Below, piece by piece: positions 9,730 through 18,514 of a DNA stretch of 49,406 bases. The stretch covers positions 1 to 49,406 of the forward strand of contig CAURFS010000001.1 of NCBI GenBank assembly GCA_963523845.1, given 5' to 3'. Below the pieces are notes generated by a model, which was given only the letters and a program-made list of their open reading frames with translations, was not told the origin of the DNA and did no database searches. Each line of letters begins with the position of its first letter. Position 1 is the first letter of the stretch. A program made the position numbers and the translations under genes. Origin of the DNA: an uncultured Campylobacter sp. (lineage in GTDB: Bacteria > Campylobacterota > Campylobacteria > Campylobacterales > Campylobacteraceae).

Positions 9730-10217
9730 AACGCCACCTCGATCGTATCCGTAAACACTATGGCCTCTAACTCTTTTTTATCCTTGGCTTTTGAAATTTT
9801 CAGCTCATACTGCCATTTTAGGGTGTGGAGTTTTTGCCCGCCCAGCTGAATGGCCTTTTTGATACGCTTAAGCTCCTCTTGGCCGTTTATCTTTTTCATC
9901 GTATTGTCATACATGCGAAACGCTCTAATTTCTAGGCTGTCGAATATATCGATCATAGCCTCGACGTTGAGGAGGTATCGATAGCCACCATTGATAACGC
10001 CGAAGTCCTTGAGATTGATTTTGCAGCTATCTCCCATATCGTGCGTCCATCTTGCAAGCTCTGCGGTCTTTGTTTCGCGCAGTTGTTCGATCGGAGGCTC
10101 TCTCATCTTCTGCGCTTCGGCTTCGGATATTTTTACCAGTCCCTCCGCTATTTGATCCTCGCCTGCGTCATCATCGTAAGCGTAAATTTGATTTTGTGAA
10201 TTTTTATAGTATTTCAT
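9726..10217 (-). CDS. Tail fibre assembly/chaperone-like protein
   Basis: Directly after fibre gene; MKYYKNSQNQIYAYD start and ELEAI end typical of fibre-associated chaperones. Confidence 0.65.
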   Translation of the reverse strand: MKYYKNSQNQIYAYDDDAGEDQIAEGLVKISEAEAQKMREPPIEQLRETKTAELARWTHDMGDSCKINLKDFGVINGGYRYLLNVEAMIDIFDSLEIRAFRMYDNTMKKINGQEELKRIKKAIQLGGQKLHTLKWQYELKISKAKDKKELEAIVFTDTIEVAL

Positions 10218-10226
10218 CGTTTATCC

Positions 10227-11285
10227 TTATCGTAGCTCTAGCCATTTGATTATATTACCCGAGCTTTGCGCGGCAAGCGAATACGTATCTCCCGCCTGCA
10301 ATATCCAAAAAGCGCTTATGGAGGGAGAAGCATTCATGCCTCCCACATATTGAAAATAGACAATTCGTCCATTGACCGAAAGTTTTATATCTGCCGTGCC
10401 GCCCAAGCTGCCAGATTGCAGCGTAACAGATAGGGCTATCGGCCTGCCCGTGGTGTTAGTGTAAGTCACGCCGATCTGCCTTTGCGCGGTGACATCCTGC
10501 CAGCTTTGACCTATACCGATGCTAGCGTTTTTGTCTATGTATTCTTTCGCTGCTTTTTCAGATACCGCCGTGTCGCTCAAATTTCCCGTGATGGAATTTT
10601 TAAGCTTTGCGATGCCCGCTTTTGTTTCGGTGGCGGCTTGCGGAATATCATCTTTTTTGGCATACTTATCAGCGGCAAGCCCGCCGAGTTTTGCACTATC
10701 GGCTGCCTGCTCGTTTTTCCCTAGCTTGCTTGCAAGGTTTGTTTCTAGCGTGTTTATTTGGGTCTTTAGCGCATAATCGCCCGCGGGGCTTCCTCCCAGT
10801 TTTGCGCTATCTGCGGCAGTTTCGGATTTGCCGAGCTTGCCGTCTGCAGTGTTTTTTAAATCGTCAAAATCCGATTTATTGGTTTTTAATTTTAGTAGTT
10901 CCCCGATCTTTTTGCTTGAATAAGTAGTCGTTGTTTTTTCCGCAGTATCGTCGATTATCCCGCTTTTTAAGACGGCCTCTATCTCCGCTTTTAGCTTTTG
11001 CATACTTTGAAATAAAGCCTGTTGCTGCTCGAATTTTTGATTTATCGTGGCAGCTTTTTCCGAAATATCTTTATGCGCGACGTCCACCTTGTCTTTAAGC
11101 TCTTGGACGAAATTTTTATCTTGCAAGACCTGATTTGCTTTTTCCAAGATGTCGTTGTAGATGGCGTTTAAGCGGCTGTTGTCAATTTTGCCGATAGAAT
11201 CAATCGCTTTTTCTATTTCCGCGCTTAAAACTTTTAGAATTTCAAGCTTTTCAGCACCCAGTTTAAGTTCATAAATCGATACCAT
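10227..11285 (-). CDS. Tail fibre protein
   Basis: Coiled coil, TTTYSSKKI, two KLGKxExAADSAKLGG repeats, ATETKAGIAKL, C-terminal GIGQSWQDVT..GVTYTNTTGRPI domain. Confidence 0.85.
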   Translation of the reverse strand: MVSIYELKLGAEKLEILKVLSAEIEKAIDSIGKIDNSRLNAIYNDILEKANQVLQDKNFVQELKDKVDVAHKDISEKAATINQKFEQQQALFQSMQKLKAEIEAVLKSGIIDDTAEKTTTTYSSKKIGELLKLKTNKSDFDDLKNTADGKLGKSETAADSAKLGGSPAGDYALKTQINTLETNLASKLGKNEQAADSAKLGGLAADKYAKKDDIPQAATETKAGIAKLKNSITGNLSDTAVSEKAAKEYIDKNASIGIGQSWQDVTAQRQIGVTYTNTTGRPIALSVTLQSGSLGGTADIKLSVNGRIVYFQYVGGMNASPSISAFWILQAGDTYSLAAQSSGNIIKWLELR

Positions 11286-11288
11286 TTT

Positions 11289-11441
11289 TTACCCCTTTAA
11301 TATGCTTGCGGCGATGAGAGCATTAAGGATTTTTAGCCGCTCCGCCAAAGCCCGCAGCAGCTCTAAAATGTCGATGTCCGATATTGCCTCGGCGTTCAAA
11401 AGCGCCGTATTGAAATCCTCTTTTGAAATTTTATTTCGCAT
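11289..11441 (-). CDS. Small phage protein
   Basis: 50 aa from ATG at 11441, fills the operon gap. Confidence 0.55.
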   Translation of the reverse strand: MRNKISKEDFNTALLNAEAISDIDILELLRALAERLKILNALIAASILKG

Positions 11442-11814
11442 AAATTTTGTCCTTGCCATCATTTGCGATATAGTCCGAAATGATTTCAAGCGCCAAATCC
11501 CTATAAAAAGCGTCCTGATTGATGATAAACGCTACGTAGTTGATTACCGCATACGTTAGGCTTTCATCAATCATGATATGCTCCTTTTCGTCATCAAAAT
11601 TTGGCTTGTCGGGGTATGTGATATAAAAGCCGTTCGCGACGTTTCTATATACTTGTTCGCTCTCTACGCTACGCAATAATTCGCTAGGCGTGCATTTGTT
11701 GGCTACCCACAGCATAGCTTCTAAAAACATTTCGGACAATATCTGATCGGGCGGCATCTTTTTGCCGCCCACGATCTTATGGGCTAGAAATTCTTTTGCG
11801 AATTTCGATGTCAT
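11431..11814 (-). CDS. Phage structural protein, possible head-completion/adaptor
   Basis: 127 aa immediately after capsid gene; positional inference. Confidence 0.55.
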   Translation of the reverse strand: MTSKFAKEFLAHKIVGGKKMPPDQILSEMFLEAMLWVANKCTPSELLRSVESEQVYRNVANGFYITYPDKPNFDDEKEHIMIDESLTYAVINYVAFIINQDAFYRDLALEIISDYIANDGKDKIYAK

Positions 11815-12800
11815 TATTTAACCTTTAAGCCTACGCCGATTGCAAAAGCGTCCGCATTTCGCACCTCAAGCGTTGCCTCGGTGTAGTAGCGCTTTTGTTT
11901 TGCGGTCTTGCTCGTGGTTACGTTCTCAATCATAGTAGGGATCAAAAGTCCGTTTTTCATAAAGCTAAAATCGCCCGCAATTAGCACGTCGTCTAACCTG
12001 TTTTGCTCGGACAAGTATCGGTGAAGTCTAAAATTTACCTTTCCGAAGTCGGTGTCAAGGCTTACGACGCTTGAATTGATGCTTTTTTCGTTGCCGAATT
12101 GGCGGGTAGCGAAAGCATTGATCGCCTTTTTGAGTTTTGCGCCGATGAAAACGTCTCTAGGCGTCGCGCCCGTATCCCAAATGCTTTGCAAAATTTGATT
12201 TAAATATTCCTCGGTTAAAACTGAAGGCGTGCCGGTCCAATCTTTCTTGCTGTCGAAAGCAAGGACATTGCCGCGTCTGCCGTTAGCAAATGTCGCCTCC
12301 CCTTTGGAAATATAGTAGAAAAGTCCCGCCATCTCTCCTGCGACCGCATCGGTTCGCGGAGTAGGAGCTTTGAATATGGATACTTTGGTGTCCGTATCGC
12401 GGCCTAGTCCGAATAGTGCGTATTCCATATCGCGCTTATGCTCTTTGGCGCGCTTAGCCGTTTCGCGCTCCATCTCTTTTCCGCCATAGGTGGCTACCTT
12501 CTGCATCGTATAAGATACGCTTATGTTGGTAGTGAAAATTTGCACGGAATTCGTGGTTTTTTGAAGAGTCGATTTTCGATCATCGGCAAAATCGCTAATC
12601 TCAAGCTGTGCGTTCTTTTTAGGCGCCGCGATATTGTCGGTTAGCCAACTATGTTCCGTGTTCGTAACGTTTGAAGTTCCGATGAGACTTAAGAGTGGGG
12701 TATCGTCCGCTCCGATTAGGATTATGCTATCGTAAACGGAGGGCTTTAGCCCTTCTCTTTTCGTTGCCGGGGCTTGAAAGCCCGTAGATGTGATTGCCAT
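11814..12800 (-). CDS. Major capsid protein (SU10/DUF5309-like)
   Basis: DTPLLSLIG, HSWLTD, NSVQIF, KEHKRDMEYAL and DTDFG motifs; AAGGAG RBS before ATG at 12800. Confidence 0.85.
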   Translation of the reverse strand: MAITSTGFQAPATKREGLKPSVYDSIILIGADDTPLLSLIGTSNVTNTEHSWLTDNIAAPKKNAQLEISDFADDRKSTLQKTTNSVQIFTTNISVSYTMQKVATYGGKEMERETAKRAKEHKRDMEYALFGLGRDTDTKVSIFKAPTPRTDAVAGEMAGLFYYISKGEATFANGRRGNVLAFDSKKDWTGTPSVLTEEYLNQILQSIWDTGATPRDVFIGAKLKKAINAFATRQFGNEKSINSSVVSLDTDFGKVNFRLHRYLSEQNRLDDVLIAGDFSFMKNGLLIPTMIENVTTSKTAKQKRYYTEATLEVRNADAFAIGVGLKVK

Positions 12801-12944
12801 AACGTTCTCCTTTTGAAAGTTATGGCAATTTTCGCGCAAGTGCGGGTGCGTAATCTACCCATAAAACGCACTCTTTGGCATTTTTGGGTTAAATTTGAGG
12901 GATTTGTATAAATTTTGAGGATTTCGTGCGGCTAGGAAGCGGGG

Positions 12945-15900
12945 TTATTTCCCCGCCCCTCTTAGCTCTTTCATTCTGCCGCTTATATCTACGTATAGAT
13001 TGGCTCTTTCGTTTTTCTTTAGTCCCGTGGAATATTGAATTTGATCCATCAGGCGTTTTAGACCGCTCCAATCGTCTTTAACTTTAGAAATTTCTCTTTG
13101 CCACTCGCCGATTGATGCATTTTTGAGATTTTGTGGTATAATAGAACTATCGAGCGACGGGACCCGCTGCGCGTCGGGCTCGTAACCCGAAAATGCAAGT
13201 CGTTCGCCGTTTTCGGCGTCTGCCGTCGCTTTGAATAATGAGCTTTCTTTAATATCCCCTTTGACCTTATACATTGTTTTAAAAGCAAGCCTGTTGTTTT
13301 TGGTTTGTGCTTCCTCTACGACTACATAATACCCGTCTTTTTGTTTCCCGCTTATGAGGGCTTTTAGTCCTTGCTTCGTTTGAGATAAAATCTGCTTGTC
13401 GGGGTTTTCGACATAATCTATGTAGCTTGCTATATCGTCGCGCGTTATCGCTATTTGCCCGCGCTTCGCTTCTGCTGCTTCGTTGCCGTGATTTTTTAAG
13501 GTATGCGTGATTTCATCGGCATAAATTGTCCGCTTTGTTTCGTTTGGATATTTAAACCCCAAATTTTTTGCTAAATCGGGAGCCACGCTATCTACGGCTA
13601 CGATTTTTTTATTCTCTTGAGCGTATTGAATTATATCCGCATTTAAATTTTTGCGCCCTATGATTGCCATATCGCGGCCGCTTTGAGGGCTAGCATCGAT
13701 GATGGCTTTGGTATCGAGGTTTTTTCTAATCCCCGCTTTTTGATTTTCTATTATGGCTAGGCGCTCTTTATCGTCTTTAGCATTTATTATCGCCTTTCTT
13801 AGCTCGGCAGGGGATAGCTCCTTTACTTTTTGGGAGCTTTGAGGTATAATAGGTTCATTAGCGACCGACCCCGCATTGTCTTCGGTAGCCATTGTCCGAC
13901 TAGTATCGGAGTGTCGGCTGAGGCGCGCCGACCGGTCGCTGTTTTCTAACTCCGTATTTCCTAAAATTCTTTTCTGCCTATTTTTGCCCGCCTTTTGATC
14001 TAGCTCCTCTTTGATCTGTTGTTTTGCTCGCTCTACCAAATTTACCTTTTCTTGTGTGGTTAAGCTTGGATCTATCAACGCCTTTTTTAACTCCTCGGGG
14101 CTAAATTTAGCCCTTACGGCGTTTTGCGCCTCTTTGGCAGCATTTTTTGCCGCTATTTCACGCCCTTGATCTATTATGGCTTTTGCTATCCCCTCGGCTA
14201 CTTCATCATTTGCGCCACTATTTTTAACCGCCTGCATAAATGAGCTTAGCCCTTCATTTACCTTAAGCGCTTTTAGCCCCTCTCGCAAGTGATAATCCAG
14301 CGCCGCATCATCACCCACCTTGCCTATGTATTTAAATACGGACTGCTTTAATCTATTTATTATAATGGCTCTTAGCATGCCTTCTCCGGTTTGGGCTATT
14401 CCCGCCCTAGGCATAGTAGGTTTGATGAAATTTTTATCTATGGTCGCAAATACATCGACTAAATTTCCTCTTGCATTTGCGAGTTGTAACATAGCATCTT
14501 TTAAATCCTTGCCTGCCTCGCTTTTTAAATTTATCTTTTGTAGGTTTTCTCTTAATCCGATGCCGTCTAAAACCTCGGTTAAGTTGCGGGTTCCGCGCTT
14601 GGCGATTTGAGAGTTAAAAAGCTCGCCCAGCAGATCGGTTTCAAACTTTTCAAGCTCGGCGGGGTTTAGCTGTCTGCTGAATTTATCCAAAATATCGCCC
14701 TGCGCCTTATCTGCATTAAATATCGCGCTTAATACGTCATCTGCGCTTGAGTTTGGATCGATTATTTTTTCAAAAAACGGGTTTCCTTTGATCTTGCTCA
14801 TATCCGAATATTTAGCAAGCTCACTTTTTAGATATTTCGCATTAGGCGTTCCCTCAATAAGTCTATCTACCGCATCGTCGATGATTTTACCGACTGCGGA
14901 GGTGTCTACTTTCTGCCCGTAATGACCGTCTTTATTAAAAACCCTTTGGGCGTATTCATTAAAGTCTTTTTTAATCTTTCTTAGCTGTGAAAAATCCATC
15001 GGCCTATCTTTTAAATTTTCAAGAGCGCCTAGTAACGTTTTGGCTTCAGGCGTTTTTAGCTCGAATGCGTTTAGATTTTTCATCATAGCTTCTTTGGCAT
15101 CTCGTATCGCCTCGCCGCCTAGCGTCGTCGTTTTGCCGCCCAGACTTTGCGCGATTTCGCTCTCCATTTTCCCGAAGTCGTCGCTTACTCTAGCGTAGAA
15201 ATTCGAAACGTCGCGGCTTATCTCCCCCTTCGGCATATTGGGTAGAATTTTCCTTACCGCATTTACGTCTGATTGAGCTAAAGCTGCCAAATTCCGAGCC
15301 GCTTGACCCGTTTTATCCCCCTGTAAGGCGTTTATAACATTAGATGTCGCTTTATTATCGCCTAGGGCAAAATCCACGATCTCTCGCTGCACCTTATTCA
15401 CGCCCTGGGCGTTATTTAAAAAATCCGACGCCTTATCCAGCTTAAGCTTTCCCGCCGTATTTGCTAAATGATCTTTGATAAAATTTATAGGCTTGTTTAG
15501 AATTTGCAGATCGGTAAAATTATTATTATCTACCTTATACCCGCCCAGTTTCTCCGCATTTTTTAAAATTTCATCCGCTTCATCGCCGACGATTGCCGAG
15601 ATTGCTCTTTTTGCTCCGCCCGCATTTGCCATAGGCAGACCTTTTAAGCTTTCTTTGGCTATACCTATTCCGCCCCAATCGGTAGCTTTTTTGGCTAAAT
15701 CTACCGCCTTGCCGCCGTATTCCATCGCGGGTCCTATTACTTTTTCGCCCGCTTGTTTAATCGTAGGCGCTGCGGCCTTTATGAGCTTCCCCGCTCCTGC
15801 AACCGCTACGCCTCCTAATGCGTCCTCGCCCGCAGCCTGAAGCGCCCTTGAGGCATAATCCCCCGCACTATACTCTCTGCCGACCGCTTCGCCTTTTTGG

Positions 15901-16694
15901 CGCAGATCGTTCATCGAGCCTATCGCGCTACCTCCTGCGCTCATAGCTAGCATAGGCACAAGGCTAGCCCCGCCGGTAAATGGAGCGAGCATAGCGCCCG
16001 TAACGCCGCCGATGATTTCGCCTTTGTTGGCGGCTAGGTGGTCAAACATATCAGGGGTAACTTCTTTTTGGATGATACGTCCATCAGGGGCTTGTGCGCC
16101 GAAAAATATCCGTCCGTCATCCGTCCGCACCGCACCTAGATCATATCCAGCATTTCTGGCGACATAATCCAAATCCTCCGCCACCTCTTTTGCGTCCTTC
16201 TCGTCGCCGGCTATCATTTTAAAAAGCGATTGGCTCTGTGCTTTAGCGACATCGCGGTGTAATCTATGTTCGGGTTCTATAACGCGGTTTATATACCCAT
16301 CGCGGTATAGTTTGTCGCTTGCCTCCTTTTCCTGCGCACCCCCGCGCATTCTATTCTCTACGGCTGCTTGTGTATTTGTTCCCGCTCCGATATGTTTTAA
16401 AATTTCCGCCGCGGCCTGCGGCGTATAATTTGTGCCCTGCGCCTCGTCTCTTATCGGCACGGGGCGATAACCTTGTGCCGCCCAGTCGGTATTTTCGCCC
16501 TGCTGTGGAGCGGGGCGTAAAACTACGTTTTTTTGTGAAACAGCTGCTTCTTGTTGCGGGGTTAAGCTTGCCTGCTGTGTGCCTTGCTGTTTATAATATT
16601 CGGTTTTGGCGTAGTTCGTGATCTGCTCGGGCGAATACCCTTGCTGCATCAGCGCGCTTATTTTTTCATCTCCTAAAAAACTTCTTGCGTTCAT
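12945..16694 (-). CDS. Large putative ejection/polyvalent protein with C-terminal PBECR-type RNase domain
   Basis: 1249 aa; Gly/Ala hydrophobic patch, long helical body, THTLKNHG..E.KRGQIAITRDDI..ENPD..YVVVEE..LAFKTMY resembling PBECR3. Confidence 0.75.
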   Translation of the reverse strand: MNARSFLGDEKISALMQQGYSPEQITNYAKTEYYKQQGTQQASLTPQQEAAVSQKNVVLRPAPQQGENTDWAAQGYRPVPIRDEAQGTNYTPQAAAEILKHIGAGTNTQAAVENRMRGGAQEKEASDKLYRDGYINRVIEPEHRLHRDVAKAQSQSLFKMIAGDEKDAKEVAEDLDYVARNAGYDLGAVRTDDGRIFFGAQAPDGRIIQKEVTPDMFDHLAANKGEIIGGVTGAMLAPFTGGASLVPMLAMSAGGSAIGSMNDLRQKGEAVGREYSAGDYASRALQAAGEDALGGVAVAGAGKLIKAAAPTIKQAGEKVIGPAMEYGGKAVDLAKKATDWGGIGIAKESLKGLPMANAGGAKRAISAIVGDEADEILKNAEKLGGYKVDNNNFTDLQILNKPINFIKDHLANTAGKLKLDKASDFLNNAQGVNKVQREIVDFALGDNKATSNVINALQGDKTGQAARNLAALAQSDVNAVRKILPNMPKGEISRDVSNFYARVSDDFGKMESEIAQSLGGKTTTLGGEAIRDAKEAMMKNLNAFELKTPEAKTLLGALENLKDRPMDFSQLRKIKKDFNEYAQRVFNKDGHYGQKVDTSAVGKIIDDAVDRLIEGTPNAKYLKSELAKYSDMSKIKGNPFFEKIIDPNSSADDVLSAIFNADKAQGDILDKFSRQLNPAELEKFETDLLGELFNSQIAKRGTRNLTEVLDGIGLRENLQKINLKSEAGKDLKDAMLQLANARGNLVDVFATIDKNFIKPTMPRAGIAQTGEGMLRAIIINRLKQSVFKYIGKVGDDAALDYHLREGLKALKVNEGLSSFMQAVKNSGANDEVAEGIAKAIIDQGREIAAKNAAKEAQNAVRAKFSPEELKKALIDPSLTTQEKVNLVERAKQQIKEELDQKAGKNRQKRILGNTELENSDRSARLSRHSDTSRTMATEDNAGSVANEPIIPQSSQKVKELSPAELRKAIINAKDDKERLAIIENQKAGIRKNLDTKAIIDASPQSGRDMAIIGRKNLNADIIQYAQENKKIVAVDSVAPDLAKNLGFKYPNETKRTIYADEITHTLKNHGNEAAEAKRGQIAITRDDIASYIDYVENPDKQILSQTKQGLKALISGKQKDGYYVVVEEAQTKNNRLAFKTMYKVKGDIKESSLFKATADAENGERLAFSGYEPDAQRVPSLDSSIIPQNLKNASIGEWQREISKVKDDWSGLKRLMDQIQYSTGLKKNERANLYVDISGRMKELRGAGK
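13134..13142 (+). promoter_or_regulatory. Antisense extended -10 promoter motif inside the 1249-aa gene
   Basis: TGGTATAAT preceded by periodic T-tracts, the Campylobacter sigma70 pattern. Confidence 0.6.
13153..13230 (+). ncRNA. Candidate antisense structured RNA with tRNA anticodon-arm mimic
   Basis: AGCGACGG/CCGTCGCT closing stem, TCGGG-CTCGTAA-CCCGA arm, CGCCG-TTTT-CGGCG hairpin. Confidence 0.55.
13845..13850 (+). promoter_or_regulatory. Second antisense -10 motif inside the 1249-aa gene
   Basis: TTTGAGGTATAAT with upstream T-tracts. Confidence 0.5.
13860..13940 (+). ncRNA. Second candidate antisense structured RNA
   Basis: AGCGACCG/CGGTCGCT closing stem, TCCGA-CTAGTA-TCGGA and GTCGGC/GCCGAC hairpins. 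Confidence 0.5.
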
Positions 16695-16695
16695 C

Positions 16696-18156
16696 CTAAA
16701 ACTCCTCGTTAAAAATGCCTATTCCGTCCAGCCTCTGACGCAGATCGTCGCTCGGGTATCCTCGCGGCGGGGCGGAATTTATCGGCGCAGCGCTTACAGG
16801 CATATCCATTTTTTGCATAAATAGCTGCGTCGCCTCTTTGGCGCTAGGCGATATATCGGTAGTTTTGTCCTGCGGCGTATCATAAAGACGGGCGGCGCCG
16901 AAATTGCTATCTATCTCTCTCTTGCCATAAAGAATTCCTTTAATGCTTTCGTCGGAAGCCGCAAGGCTCTTGACTTGATTTAACATCTCGTCGGCGCCCT
17001 TATAGCCTTGTTCTTTTGCCTGCTTGGCTTGCTGGTATAGCTCGCTTATGAGTTGGGCTCGCCTTGTCTTTATGGTCTCTGCCGCGTTTCCCGCCCCGAA
17101 AATATTTGGCGTTAGGCGGTCGTTCATATTTTCATAGTTAAATTTGCCTTGCCCTTTTTGATTGTCCGAATAAGCAGAAGCATAATTTTCGACTGCCTTC
17201 TTATACGAGCGGCTCGCAGGGCTCCATTCCGATGCTGCATACGCTACTTTGTCAAAAGGTCCACCCAAATTTGAGATTCCGCTATTACCGAAAGGTATCC
17301 ACGTATTCGTATTGTTAGCCGCGATAATAACCCTATCTAGTGCACTTAGTTCCTTAAGATTGTTATTAAATGCGCGCTGAGTTAGTGCGATCGCATTTTT
17401 CTGCCCCGCCGATGCCTCGGTTTGCTTCACCAGCTGCGGGTTCGTCTTTGCCGCGGCGTAGGCGTTGATATATTCGCGCTGCGCCTGTGGGTCGGTCATC
17501 CCTTGCGGGATTTGTCCTCCTAGCTGCGAAAATATAATGTCGGCTTCGGCGTCGATCTGTTTTTGCTTGCGTTGCGCCTCCTGCTGCTTCAAAATAGGCT
17601 CTTGCGCCTTGTAAATTCCTCCTTGCGCTTCGGTTTGTAATCTATACCGCCTGCCTAGATTGATCTTGTCCGCGTCGCTCAAGCCCGCAGGCAACTCCCC
17701 GAATTGCCCGCCTTGTTGCCCTGCGTTATACCACGCCATATCTATGCCCGCCTGTTTTTCCTGCTCGGCTTGCGCTTTATCTCGCGCTTGGTCGATACTC
17801 CATTGCAACTGCGCGTTCTGCCTTGCGTTGTCGGCGTATAGATTGCCGATTTGAGCTCTACGCAGCGCATCAGTGCTGTAGAAATTCCTCAGCCCCAAAT
17901 CCTGATCGAAAGCGTTTTTCTTTGAGGTTTCGGCTTCGATTGTTTGATTGTGCCGCGCGGTTTCTTGATTTTTCTGCCCGTATAGGTATTCTTTCATCAA
18001 ATTGGCGCGGTTCGTCTCGTCAAGCTGCGCCTGGTTTTGATTTTTCGCCGCGTTATCCTTGTAAATTTCATAGAGCGATTTCCCGACCGCCCCGACTGCA
18101 TCTATCATCCGTGTATCGTAGTTGAAATCTACCTTATGGGGGTTAAAAAAAGCCAT
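16696..18156 (-). CDS. Putative DNA-transfer/ejection protein
   Basis: 486 aa, Q/A/N-rich helical, ETARHN-type repeats seen in pilot proteins. Confidence 0.65.
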   Translation of the reverse strand: MAFFNPHKVDFNYDTRMIDAVGAVGKSLYEIYKDNAAKNQNQAQLDETNRANLMKEYLYGQKNQETARHNQTIEAETSKKNAFDQDLGLRNFYSTDALRRAQIGNLYADNARQNAQLQWSIDQARDKAQAEQEKQAGIDMAWYNAGQQGGQFGELPAGLSDADKINLGRRYRLQTEAQGGIYKAQEPILKQQEAQRKQKQIDAEADIIFSQLGGQIPQGMTDPQAQREYINAYAAAKTNPQLVKQTEASAGQKNAIALTQRAFNNNLKELSALDRVIIAANNTNTWIPFGNSGISNLGGPFDKVAYAASEWSPASRSYKKAVENYASAYSDNQKGQGKFNYENMNDRLTPNIFGAGNAAETIKTRRAQLISELYQQAKQAKEQGYKGADEMLNQVKSLAASDESIKGILYGKREIDSNFGAARLYDTPQDKTTDISPSAKEATQLFMQKMDMPVSAAPINSAPPRGYPSDDLRQRLDGIGIFNEEF

Positions 18157-18159
18157 TTT

Positions 18160-18504
18160 CTACCTCGCGAAAGTGGACGCATTCCATCCGTCATATAAAT
18201 TTTGCTCGGCGCGATTTTGTCTGTCGATCTCGCGCTGCGAAAGCATCTTGTTGAAATTATACGCGTCTTGCTGCATTTGTAGAGCTTTATTCGCCGCTTT
18301 TTGCTGCTGCAAGCCCGAATACAGACCGCCCGCCAAGCCCGCAGCCTGTAACCAAGCGGGTGTTCCGCCGCCCGAGCCTGAAAACAAGCCCAGCGCCTGA
18401 TTGCCCGCACCCTTTAGCATATCTAAGAAATTCCACCCGCCGTTTGCCCCCGCTAAGTTTTGGGGCAAACTTGCAAAATTCGTTGCCAAACCTACCATAT
18501 TCAT
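18160..18504 (-). CDS. Small putative ejection/pilot protein
   Basis: 114 aa, Gly-rich AAGLAGGLYSG followed by Q-rich helix. Confidence 0.65.
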   Translation of the reverse strand: MNMVGLATNFASLPQNLAGANGGWNFLDMLKGAGNQALGLFSGSGGGTPAWLQAAGLAGGLYSGLQQQKAANKALQMQQDAYNFNKMLSQREIDRQNRAEQNLYDGWNASTFAR

Positions 18505-18514
18505 CTCGTCCTCC

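Noticed and set aside
10227..11285. Diversity-generating retroelement or invertible tail-fibre cassette
   Set aside because: No reverse transcriptase, invertase or second copy of the fibre tip seen.
13153..13230. Bona fide tRNA-Thr(CGT) or tRNA-fMet gene
   Set aside because: Only the anticodon arm is tRNA-like; no D-loop GG, no TTCRA T-loop and no CCA end. Kept as a mimic, not a tRNA.
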